Below are positions 13,745 to 26,266 of a stretch of DNA of 64,000 nt, piece by piece (the first letter of the stretch is position 1; each line of letters begins with the position of its first letter). The stretch is from the human T2T-CHM13v2.0 reference genome, Homo sapiens, in assembly GCF_009914755.1 (NCBI RefSeq), contig NC_060946.1, one strand, 5' to 3'. The position numbers were made by a program, and so were the translations under genes. Under the pieces are notes generated by a model. The model made no database searches. It was not told where the DNA came from and saw only the letters and a program-made list of their open reading frames with translations.

Positions 13745-13946
13745 TGCTATAGACTGAATTGTGTGCCCCCCAAATTCAAATACTGAGGCTCTAAACCCCA
13801 GTGACCGTATTTGGAGATTGAGCCTTTAAGGAAGTCATTAATTTAAAGGGAGTCATAAGAGTAGGGACCTACTCCTATAGGACTGGTGTCCAATTAAAAG
13901 AAAAAAAAGAGACAGATGATCTCTCTCTCTCTCTCTCTCTCTTTCT

Positions 13947-13984
<38 letters not shown>

Positions 13985-14170
13985 ACTGTGAAGGCCATGT
14001 GAGGACACAGCCCTGAGGCAGCCTCTGTAAGCCAGGAGCAGAGCCCTCCCCAGACATCAACCCTGCTGGCACCTTCACCTTGGACTTCTTGCCTCTAGAA
14101 CTGTGAGAAAATACGTCAGTTGTTGAAGCCACCCAGCTTGTGGCATTTTACTAAGGCATCCTGAGAAGAG
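13745..14170 (+). mobile_element. MLT1-type MaLR LTR containing a (CT)n(CA)n microsatellite
   Basis: TGCTATAGACTGAATTGTGTGCCCCCCAAATTC...AAGCCAGGA...GAACTGTGAGAAAATA signature. Confidence 0.65.
13921..13982 (+). repeat. (CT)n(CA)n microsatellite
   Basis: Seen directly in the sequence. Confidence 0.95.
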
Positions 14171-15458
14171 TGATTCACCAGGGAAGTGCCACGATGCTTT
14201 GTGGAGGAACCAATCTATTTCAGCTGAGAATCACCAGAAAGTGAGCTTTCCACCATGTTTTCTCCCCATGTACGGGAAATATTCCAGTGATCGCTTCCTC
14301 CTGCCATGTGCCTATTGTCAAACACTTTACACCAGTGTCTTCAAAATCTGAATTTTGACCCATCAGTGGGTTATGACAATAGTTCATTGTGTCAAGAGCA
14401 GCATTTTAAAAAGAAAAGAGCATTGAAAATATCAGAGTATATTGAACATAGCAAGAGTGAGTATTCTTTTGTAAGATACTTGAAATATATCTATAGACCC
14501 TTATGTAAATTCCTGGGATCTAGATGTGTTTAGGATGGCAGCATTTTCAATCTTCTAGAAGGGACAGAGGGTGCATATGGTTTATCACTGACCACTCCCA
14601 GCAGGGACTGGGCCCCACCTTGTAATCAAAGGTACAAATGTTTCAACCAGGAAACCAATGAATATTCACCTTAAGTGGCATACATAATATTATCACTACA
14701 AAGCATCTTAGTACACAGCAGGATTACTGCCCAGATGAGTTGCCCCAAAAATGTGTGGTTTGCAGGGATTTGGGAATTATGGAACTCCAGAGAAGGGGCT
14801 GGGAACCAGTTTGTATTTATGTATGCACTGGGACATGATGTATAATTGTTTCCTGCTGTGCTCATACGTGCGAGGCCTCATTCTCATTTCACAGAAGGAG
14901 AAATTGAGACCCAGACAGCGAGAGACACCACCCAACCCAGCAAGCAGGAAGCTCAGGATTTGACTCAAGGCCAGCGTTCCCTTGCCATTACTTTGAAGAC
15001 TCCATATATTTAAAAAATGCCTGTGGTTTCTGCATTCTCCCCTGTAGTATACCTGTGGGGTTTTAAACATTTTATTTGCACAGAGGATTCCTCCTGCTGG
15101 TCATGGGCTCTCTCAGACGGGCAGTGGAGGGGGTTCTTTAGGTGGGCAGGGGAGTGGGACCCTCAGCACTGATCCTTGTGGCCCCTCCGTGTTGCCTCTG
15201 TCCCCTGCAGGCTGGTCTCAGGGTACACGGCTCCCCACTGGCACCTCTGAACCCAGCTGGCCCCGTTAGTAAACCACAGACCATCTTGTTTCAGAGGGAG
15301 AGCTTCTTCCTTGGCCCCCCAGCCCAGCCCTTCCTAAGGATTCTGGGATTGGCTGAGTGCTCTCGGCTTCTAATCTTCCCTGCCCTCCCCTCATCTTGGA
15401 CAGGACTCAGCACAGCCCAGTTTGCTGTCCAGGGCGGCTCCTGAGCAGAGCTGACTTG

Positions 15459-15472
15459 GTTGCCATGGCAAC
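15459..15472. promoter_or_regulatory. Perfect RFX X-box palindrome GTTGCCATGGCAAC
   Basis: 14-bp perfect palindrome equal to the RFX dimer consensus; function not shown. Confidence 0.5.
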
Positions 15473-17495
15473 TCTGTAAGGGGAGGAAGCCCTCCTGAGG
15501 AAATGGGGCTTAGGGAAATGAACGCAGTGCTGACTTGGCTGGGCGAGGGATTGTCTTGTTTTTTCTTTTTCCTTCTTCACCAAAAGGAGGAAGGAAACTC
15601 AGGGTTGGATGGAGGGAACCTCCAGCACTAAATTTGTGTTTTATTGATGGGGTGGGGATGGTGAATATTAAAGCAAAATTAAAATAAAAACCAGACCTGA
15701 AACATTCCCGGGCAAACAAAACCAACCAGACCTTCAGAACAGCTGTAACCCCCCATGAAACTGCAAGCTATGAATCTGAACTGGGGTCATATCAGATGGG
15801 CGCTTCTGTCAGACACAAACACAGCTTAACCTCGGCCAGTCATGAGCAGCCAGCTGACAGAGGGCCATGCTGAGATGTGGATACTGGGAGGTCACAGAAA
15901 GAACAAGAACTCCAGGCAGCAGGTTCACATAATGGACACAGAAGGAGCTGCTGTAACCAGCTGTAGGGACAGGGGGAGGGGATGGGCCCAGAGGACCCTG
16001 ACAAACAGGAAGTGGCCAATCTGGCTAAGACCAGTAAGATCTAACTCAGCACTGGGTCTGACCCACCTTTCACCCCAGACTCAATCATACCCTCCTTGTC
16101 CCACACCCACCTGTGCCACAGAAGTTCCATGCTTGCAACAAAACTGCGTGGCCCCCCAGTTCCAAGAAATCCCCGCCTCTTCCCATAAATCCTTATGCTT
16201 ACTCTGCCCCTTAACTTAGTAAACCCACAAAGTCAGAAACCCCAAACCCCACTGGGCCCGACTGGCTCTTCTGAGTCCGCCTGCACTCCCACCCCTGAGC
16301 CTGCGCTTCTGCTTTGCAATAAAAGCTAATTTGCTTTGGCTTTGCCTCAAATTCTTTCTCTCTTCGTTGTCAGAATCCTGGACAAGGCTAAGGTCCGGTC
16401 TCACCTGCATTCAGAGACCTCCCTAAACCCACCGGCATCAACATGACCAGGAATTTTCCAACAAGGTAAAGCAAAACAGGCAGTTTTATCACTGGAACTA
16501 ATCAAATAATGTCCTAATTGCACTTCCATATTCACCCGATAAACACTTGTCTTCCACAGTTTTTCATCATAACACAAAACCTCCTCCAGTTTGGTTTTCT
16601 CTATTTATGAACTCCTTCTTATTCAGATAAATGTTGTTGTGCCTCAGATGTTTCTTTGACAAGGGGTACTTTCGATGATTGGACTCAGCCCAGATAAAGA
16701 GGTGCTTGTGACAGGCAGTGCAGGGTGGGTGCCCTAACACAGCTCGGGAAGGGGGTGGCTTCCACTTACAATCAACAGGGGTCAGGTAGAGGGGATGGGA
16801 ACCACCCCTTAGGGAGGCCGTACTGTGTGGCAGGCACTGGCTGGCCCAGGTACCCATGTAATGTTTGATCCTCATGACAACATGGGCAAATATCCTAGTG
16901 GTGCAGGTGAGGAGGAGTAAGGAGCTCCAGGTCACACAGAGGGGACATGGCCAAGACCAGAATGGGGTCCAGTTCAGTGGGAAGCTGGGTCACTCTACCC
17001 ACAGGGCCACTCAGAGCAGAGGGGCTGGTGCAGGGCAAGAGCTGGAGGGAGGGGACCGGCCTCTGCTGGAAACACCCCAGGGTCAGCCAGGAGCAGAGAG
17101 GGAGGTGAGAGGTCAGGGCTGCTGGTCAACCTCCTCTCCCACCCCTCCGCTACTCCTGGCCAACCCTCAAAAGCCAACCCTGCTGTTTCCATTTCCCCAA
17201 GGCTGTCCTGCCCCACTTAAGTCATTTGCTAGGTGTCAGGGTAGGGAGGAAGTGGGCACCTGGGCCATGACCCGCTGAGGAGAGGTCAGGATGCAGATGC
17301 CCCCCAGAACCCTGGGTCAGGGGACTCCACGTGGCCTCTCTTGGGGCTTGGGGCAGCCTCATCAGCCACCTCCGTCTGGGTTCCGTTGGGGCTCACTCAG
17401 CCTTGAAGACACCACCCTCCATTCTAGCTGTGGGTAGGAACCAGCCAGGGAAGAGGAGGCGAGCCTACCAGCAGCCAGGTCTCTGAAAGGCTTAC

Positions 17496-17542
17496 CTTGG
17501 AACTGTCCAGCCACTGTCCAGCCTGGATGGTTTTGCTGCACC
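17496..17542 (-). CDS. APOL4: APOL4 47-bp coding exon (VQQNHPGWTVAGQFQ)
   Basis: Acceptor TCAAG|, donor CAAG|GTAAGC; in phase with both alternative start exons and the 127-bp exon. Confidence 0.92.
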
Positions 17543-17720
17543 CTTGAGGAAGAGAAAACAAATTGTGGGATTGAATGTGAGCCACCTATGGGCAAAGGGA
17601 GGCTTGAACAGCTGGGCCTCTGCAGATCCCTCTGAGGTGGCAGCAAATGCCAAGACCAACCTAACCCAGATTCTTTCTCTATCACCAAGTCCCCATCATC
17701 TGCTATTTACAGACACTCAA

Positions 17721-17774
17721 CTCATTCCAGCTCCCTCTTCCCTCACTCTCACACCAAGGAAAAGTCCGCTTGTC
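17721..17774 (-). pseudogene. Dead 54-bp pseudo-exon in APOL4 (donor GT>TT)
   Basis: Aligns end to end with APOL2 51522-51575. Acceptor CAACAG is intact; the donor reads GAG|TTGAGT. Confidence 0.75.
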
Positions 17775-17902
17775 CTGTTGGAGAATGAGGAGAAGATAAT
17801 CAGAGGAGGGGCAGCCATCTGATCATTACAGAAACTACACAGTCTATACGCAGAAATAGAGATGGGAAGGAACGTTCTAACAATGACCGGAAACATGTGT
17901 GA

Positions 17903-18272
<370 letters not shown>

Positions 18273-19865
18273 TGTGATGTGCAGGGCTTCTGACATGTGT
18301 CTCATTCAATGATCACACACAGCCCGGGAGATGGGTACCACTTTCCCATTTGAACACAGAGGAATCCACAAAAGTTAGGGAACTTGCCAGTGTTTTCTAT
18401 TGCTAGAGCCAGGACTTCTGCTTCAACCTCATGTCTTCAATGACTGTGCTCTACTCCCTTAAATATACAATATTGAGTCATGTATACACGCTCATGGTAA
18501 ATGACTCCTCATTGCAAATCCATGTCTCACACTCCGTGCTCAACTTTTCGTCTTGGTGAATTCACTGGTGCTGCAGTGGACAGCCTGTGTCCCCCTTGCT
18601 TCTCTAAGATCCTTTGTCCCACAAAGACCTGGATCCTGCCAGATGCCGGCCTAGCCCCTGCTGTGGCTGCCGAGCCCTCCTGGCGCTGCCCTGTTCCCTC
18701 TGCTGTCCTCCCCTAGCTGATGGACCTTAGGGTGTTTCTAATTCTTCATGTAAATTATGCTACAAAGAACACCCTCCTTCACGTAAAACTGCCCACATTT
18801 GATTTTATTTCCTTAAGATATTTGTAGGAGTAGAATGACTAGGTCAGAGGGTATCAACATCTCAAAATGTTTTATACCTAGAGCCACACTGCATGCAAAT
18901 TGTACCAATTCACACTCAAACTAGCAGTATATGAAGATGCCCATTCTTTCAGTCTTACTGGCTCTCAGTAGTCTCTTTATCAGGACAAAAAATATATACA
19001 CAACATGTAAATTTGAGAACTAAATATCTTGTTATCAATACCAATTAGTACAAACTTTAAGGCACGAAGGTAGCAGTTGAGATGTGAAGCACTGAACAAA
19101 GGAGAAGGAGGATTAATATTGTCATTTTTTAAAGATGGAAGTTAAGAAATACTGGGTACAACTGAGGGTATAAGAAAGTTGTAAGTAAATTGTTTACAGC
19201 TACAAAGTTGCTAATGGAAGACATAAAACTGGTGATAGAATGTTAGGAAAAGGTGGAGAGGAGAGATAGAGGGAGGGTACAAATAAGATGAAAATGACTA
19301 ATAATGATACTATAAATAATAACAATACCATTTCAGGCCCATCCCAGTTAGGGGCGGCTCCAAGCATTACCATTGTTCTTTTCTCACCGTGTGTCTCTGC
19401 GCACTCCCTGGCACACCCACTTCCAGCAGCTGGTCTTTGTTTGCAGACTTTATTTTAACAGCTCAGTGGTTCCCGGGCCCCCTGATGGGGTTCCATCCTC
19501 CAGCTCTCATACTAAAGCCCCCTCCTCAAAAGCCACTCGCCTCCCTCTTTCCCTTTCCTGCCTTTGTCTCAGGGTTCAGACACACAGATGTCTGTCTTCT
19601 GGGGCCCCCATGCAACAAGGGTAAAAGGGGGACCCAGTCCTGGGCAGCATTCACCAGGGGAGTATGCAGAGGGGCGTCTGGGCGCTTCTTGCTGTAAGGG
19701 ACAGGGGTGACAGGAGAGGGGCATCCCTTCGCCTTCTTCCTGCTTTGTTCACTGTGTGACCCCCTAGGCCAAGGCAACCATCTCAACACCATGAGCCAGT
19801 AGAACTGGGAGGACCAGGAGAGAGCAGAGGAGCAGGAGGGCAGAGAGCTGGGGCCTCGGACTCAC

Positions 19866-19900
19866 CCGACGCTTGTGATGAGCTGCACCCAGGATCCCAT
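19866..19900 (-). CDS. APOL4: APOL4 alternative start exon, coding part (MGSWVQLITSVG; 348-aa isoform)
   Basis: ATG at 19900, donor GG|GTGAGT, phase 2; 35+47+127+838=1047 nt = 348 aa. The upstream boundary of this exon is not resolved. Confidence 0.82.
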
Positions 19901-20158
19901 CCTCCTTGGTCATTGTTGGCCTGGCTCAGACGCTGATCTGGGGCCTCTGCTGAATGTTGAGGCTGGATACTGACTGTTAGCCTCAACTAGGACACAGTGC
20001 GTCCCCTCTAGGCGAGTCTACCAGTTGGTCAATTCCGGGAAGTGATTTTGGTTCCTAGAAAAACCCACATGGCTCCTGGCCCAGCCCAAGCCCTGCCCAA
20101 TTGTGCAGCCCAGACAGGGAGCCCTCCCTCCCACCTCAGGGCTCTGAGCCAAGCTCAC

Positions 20159-20202
20159 CAGATGCAGACGACAAAGATTTTCAGCAAAGCAGCTCCCTCC
20201 AT
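20159..20202 (-). CDS. APOL4: APOL4 start exon, coding part (MEGAALLKIFVVCIW; whole exon 20159-20221)
   Basis: Acceptor CCCAAG| at 20222, GACATGG start context, donor TG|GTGAGC. Homologous to the APOL1 MEGAALLRVSVLCIW exon (recalled). Confidence 0.88.
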
Positions 20203-20284
20203 GTCGCTGCGGGGCCTCCTCCTTGGGCAGGAAAAGAGGGGTTGAGACAGTGTGCTCCTCCTGAGAAATCACCATTTTCATTTC

Positions 20285-20560
20285 ATTTTTAATAAACCGT
20301 TTTGCTGTGTCACCCAGGCTGCAGGGCTTTGACGCCATCCTAGCTCATTGCTGCCTAGATCTGCTGGGCTCAAGTGATCTTCCTCCTTCAACCTTCTGAG
20401 TAGCTGGGACTACAGGTGCACGCTACCATGCTGGGCTAATTTGTTAATTTTTGATTTCATAGAGACAGCATCTCCTGTGTTTCTCAGGCTGTCTTGAACT
20501 CCTGGCCTCAAGTGATCTTCCCGCCTCTGCCTCCCACAGCACTGGGATTACAGGCTTCAG
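20285..20560 (-). mobile_element. Old Alu (J-type), shared with APOL2 (55530-55825)
   Basis: AluJ diagnostics (GGGCTCAAGTGATC, GTCTTGAACTCCTGGCC). Confidence 0.8.
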
Positions 20561-20611
20561 CTATAGTGCTTTCTATCTTGATGGGCATCTCTTTTTGGTG
20601 AAGAAAAATCA

Positions 20612-21122
<511 letters not shown>

Positions 21123-21310
21123 TTAGTAATCCAACAGTGTCCAGGTTTGATTCTGCTTCTACAAACACAGAGATCTAAGCTCTCACTCCTGTAGTTACAC
21201 TCACAATTCCACAGGTGGCTTTTGAATCTCATGATTACAAAGCTGGCGTCATGCCACAGGCACCATTCTGCAATGCGACCTTCTCACTCCCCTGTCTCAG
21301 CCATGTTTCC

Positions 21311-22090
21311 TATTGCGGGATCTGGCCAGCAGCCCCCAGTGCAACGGGGCTCTCTCTTTGCTCCTAGGCGGATCGGCAGGTTGAGAAATAATAGACACAC
21401 ACAAGATAGTGAAAGCTGGGTCCAGGGGGGTCACCGCCTTCTGGTCAACAATGCACTGGATATACCAGCATTTATTATTCAGTTTAGTGAGGGCGGGGGT
21501 AGGTTAGTGAGGGATTTAGGGTCATTTGATTACGAGGTGGGATGGTCACATGGGGATGAAGTAATTCTTTAACATAACATTCGTATGTAGAAGTACAGTG
21601 CATTTGTATGTAGAAGTACAGTATACAGAGATAAGAATTTACAATATAGTGTGTGCGTCAGTAGTTTCTAACAGAGCCTTAAAACAGAAACACAATCTTT
21701 CCATAACCTATGATTAGCAAGATATTAATCAGCAGTAACAATTGCAACAAAAGCTGGTTACTGACAATCCATGGAAACGGGACGTGAAGCTAGATAACCG
21801 GTTAGACTAGAAATTCTCAGAAGGGAGTATACCTGAACCCTAAAGATGCCTAGAAGAGCCACGGCAAGATGATAGCATTTATAGCCCTAGCTTGTCCATA
21901 TGGACAGGCGCCCCCCTGCATCCATTCATAGGCTCTCTGCAGGGGGAAGCACATCACGTGCTGTTGGTTCGTTCTGGCAGTCCAACCTGGCATTGTCTTT
22001 ACACAATCCTGCATGCAATTTTGTATTTACAATAATCAGGAGCATTTCATCTTTTATTCCGTAGCAATAGTTTCAGGGGGTCTCCCTACA
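21311..22090 (-). mobile_element. ERVK-class solo LTR (probably MER11D) in APOL4 intron 1
   Basis: Minus-strand start TGTAGGGAGACCCCCTGAAAC; 6-bp TSD GTTTCC (21305-21310 and 22091-22096); empty site in APOL2 at 56852-56857. Confidence 0.8.
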
Positions 22091-22793
22091 GTTTCCCATT
22101 AGGGACACAGCACAGCCTGTTTCTTCTCCATCACCCCAGAGGTCTGAACAGAGGGACAGAGGTGAGGGCCACAGACATGGAGTCCTATGATCTACCTGCT
22201 CAGCCTCCTGACACTGGACCCTGGGCAAGTCACTCCCCTCCCAGGGCCTCAGTTTCCCCACAGGGCCTGGCACAAGTAGGTGCTCAGACTCAGGGTGGGT
22301 GAGATGACCTCTAGGTTCCTTGTATCTCAAAAGAAATCTCTTGCCTCATCAGGCCTCAGCAGCCGCACCCCGGGGCCAGCCTGGTTGTGGCCAGACCATA
22401 AGGACAGACCGGGCTCCAGGTCACCTCCCCACCTCCACCTTCTTTGATTCCTTCAAATTTCCCAAAGAGATGGGCACCCCCAACACAAACCTTCCTTCTG
22501 GGGTCACCTGGCCATGTCTCAGCAGTCTAAAACAGAGCTGAGCCCAGAGAGCTTTGTGAACCCATCTGAGCTATTTCCCCACCTCTCTCTACGGTTTAAG
22601 GGCCCAGCAGGAGGGAGGGAGCAATCAGACTCAAGCCTGGGTGCAAATCCCGGCTCTACCACTGCTTTCCTGTCTGATCTGAACGAGTTACCTAACCTCT
22701 CCGAGCTTATCTACAAAAGCTGAATGATCCTTCCCTCATAGAGCTATTGCGAGAATAAGGAGATGGAGGGAGGTCACACCATCCCCAACTTAC

Positions 22794-22945
22794 CAAGGGA
22801 TCTTCCTCTGACAGAGACTGAGCAAGATCCAGCTGGTCTGAGCTGTGTGGATCTCACCTCCAGCTGTGCACCTATATAATAACCAGACACGTCCTCCAGC
22901 CCCCAAGATATACCCAGGAATTCGAAAGGTAAAATGAAAGTCACA
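22794..22945 (-). other. APOL4: APOL4 exon 1 (5' UTR; TSS approximate)
   Basis: Donor TTG|GTAAGT at 22793. Near-identical to APOL2 exon 1 and to the recalled APOL1 mRNA 5' end. Confidence 0.8.
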
Positions 22946-22956
22946 ACTTCCCAGCA
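22872..22956. promoter_or_regulatory. APOL4 core promoter: TATA-like TATTATATAG (minus strand), degenerate ISRE GAAAGGTAAAATGAAAGT, GAS-like TTCCCAGCA
   Basis: Positional paralog of the APOL2 elements. Confidence 0.55.
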
Positions 22957-23309
22957 GCTCACAATCAAGCACAGCAAACACGCTGCTCCCCAGCACCTCC
23001 TGCAGTCCAGCCCCACCCTCCTTGCTGCTGCGCTTAGAGGAGCAGCCTGAGACCAGACCTCCAGGTCTCTTTCATCCAACCCACCTGCCTGGCATCCTCG
23101 GGGTTGGGGGTCTGCTATAGTCTTCAGGAAGAAAGACCTGCCACTGACATACTGTGGGACCCTTCAGATTACTCCCTGTCCTCCCGTGCTTCCACATTCC
23201 CCTGATGCCTGCCTTACTCCTGCCCATACCATCAGCATTTGCACAGTCTCCTACACATGCCAAGTGGATCCTTATTGTATATTTATTGTAAGGCCATTGG
23301 GGTTATTTT

Positions 23310-23581
23310 GGTTTTGTTCTGGAGACAGGGTCTCACTCTGTAGCCAAGGCTGAAGTGCACCGCCACAGTCATAGTGCACTGCAGTTTCAAACCCCTGGGC
23401 TCAAGCCATCCTCCCACCTGAGCCTCCTGAGTAGCTGTTTCTACAGGCATCAGCCAACCACCCAGCTAATTTTTAAAAAAGTTATATTAGAGATGGTGTC
23501 TCACTATATTGACTGGGCTACTCTTGAACTCCAGGCCTCAAGTGATCCTCCCACCTTGGCATGAGCCACCGCACCAGGCCT
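23310..23581 (-). mobile_element. AluJ
   Basis: Diverged Alu upstream of the APOL4 promoter. Confidence 0.8.
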
Positions 23582-24215
23582 GCTCTTGTTGAAGGCCATG
23601 GCTTGTGGCTTCTAGATATTTGCTTATGTGGGGTCTTCTGCCGGGATCCCCTGCTTCCACCACCTGGAAAAATCATGCTCATTGTTCAGTGACAAAATCA
23701 GGCATTGCCTCCTGTCAGAGATCCCCCAGCATCCTCCCAAGCAGAGGCCACTGCCCCGTGTTCCACTCCCGAGGCACACAGGGTGGAGGGACTAGAGACC
23801 ACTGCTCAGCCACACTTCTATGGCTAAGAAGTCATGCAACCAGATTGCTATTGGACTTTTGTGCTTTGCCCCAGGCAGAAGGGCCTCAAAGACAGCTGAA
23901 CCTCAGAAGCCAACCTGACCCTTCCATGGGGGCCTATTTCATCCTGAGCAAACATCGCTGGGGGCATCGTGGCCACCTCCCCCCACCCATACGCACACAC
24001 ACCAGCTTTTGAGACAGGAACAGAAAGGTGATTACACAGGGACTGCACAATACACTTTGCAATACATTCCATTTGCAAATGCTTCTCCATTTGATTGAAT
24101 TTTATAATCATCCCCTCAATGGGCCAGGATTATGATCTAAGTTTTCAAATGAGGAAACTGAGGCAAGGGGCGAGGAAGTTGCTTTCATCCAGCAACTCAG
24201 GGAGGAGCCAAGACT

Positions 24216-25740
24216 TGTCAACCAAAGAGGGTCTGGGACACGTCTCAGTCAGTTTAGAGGTTTACTCTGCCAAGGTTGAGGATGCACCCAGGAAAAAGAC
24301 ACTCAAGTCACAGGAAGATCTGGGGCCCACTCATTATTCCCAGAGGGTTTTGAGGGCTTCAACATTTAAATGTGTAAAATCAGGCAGGCGTGGAAGGAGG
24401 GAAGGAAAAAAGACAGGATAGGTAATGAGCTGAGTGGTCACATTTTTGTGAGGCTTTGATCGGCCCTCCCTGAATCCATAGGTTCCATGTGAAAGGGGGT
24501 TAGAGGAACAGTCCATTATTCATTCTTCTTGTGCACAGTTAATCTACATTTTCTATAAGATAAAAATAAACAGAAAGTAGAGGAAGTAGGCATATGTGCA
24601 TTTGTCTGAGCGTGGGCAGAAGGGTCACTTCCACTCTTGTCATTGTTAGGTACCAGTCAAGATAAGTTGCCAGTTTGCATTGTCACAGTGAAATTATACA
24701 AAGTCTGTCTCAGGGTGAAAATTTGGGGACCTACAAGGATTTTCTTTGTGAGGAATTTGTGAGGCAGGCCAACTGGGGTATATGTTGCCTTCCATCTTTG
24801 CAAATATCTGTTTAGAAACAAAAACAAAGGCAGGTTCTGGAGTGACTCTGTTTCCAGGCTTAACTGGTTCCACTGGTATAGTGAATTTGGGGCCCTGAGA
24901 TTTGATTTTCCTTTCACATTTTCTCTTTGTTTTTCAATATCTTTTGGAGAAAACAGTGTAGAAGCAAAAGAATCTCCAGTCACGGGGTTGGTCTGAATTC
25001 TGTAACACAAAGTATTCCACCTTCCGTTTGCTTGCAGGGGTTTAGAAAAAGGACAGTTTTGATTTCTGGTGATGCCAAGTCAGAAAAATGAGAGAAAAAC
25101 AAAAGGAATATGTTAGTTTGGAGACTTGTAGCCCGGAAAGAATTCAATATCTAGTGCGGATAAATTGTAGACAAATAATAAAGCTGGAAAACAATGGACA
25201 AAGCTAGAATCTCATAACAGACGTTTTATAGTTTCTTTTAAAACACATTTTCTCTCTCTAGTACTCTATTTCTACCAAAGACAAATCATAGTAGGACGCA
25301 TTTATTTGCAAAATAAGTTTTAGTCTTCTAATACTTGGCCTGATTATTTGCATAAAGTGCAGAAGAATAATCTTGTGGCATAAGGAGTCTTTTTTAAAAT
25401 TTGACTTTGCTAGGCCATTTTCGTATTCATAAGCTATCTCAGAGTAGGCCCTTTAAAACCTTGAGCTCAGCCACGAATTTATGTTTGCCTGCAGATACCT
25501 GTATGAATTGGGTGAGTTCCTTTCTTCTCGAGGCCCCATGATCACTTGGGCTTCCTGGGCCTGTCAGAAAGTGATATTCTTTATTTACCACAGTTCAGGA
25601 ACCCTGTAAAGGAACTCTATAGGCAAAGGACTTAATAAAGGACTGAAATTAATTTCAGTCCTTTAGTAATTCAGTCCCATGTAATTACCTTCTTCCATTT
25701 GATATTGGCTTAGCAACCTTCCTGAACACATCAGCTTTTT
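24216..25740 (-). mobile_element. MER4-family LTR (24216-24918) with adjacent ERV1 internal sequence
   Basis: Minus-strand LTR start TGTGAAAGGAAAATCAAATCTCAGGGCCCC is MER4-like; the internal boundary is approximate. Confidence 0.55.
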
Positions 25741-25769
25741 TTTTTTTTTTTCCAGTTTTGCTGTCAGGG

Positions 25770-26266
<497 letters not shown>

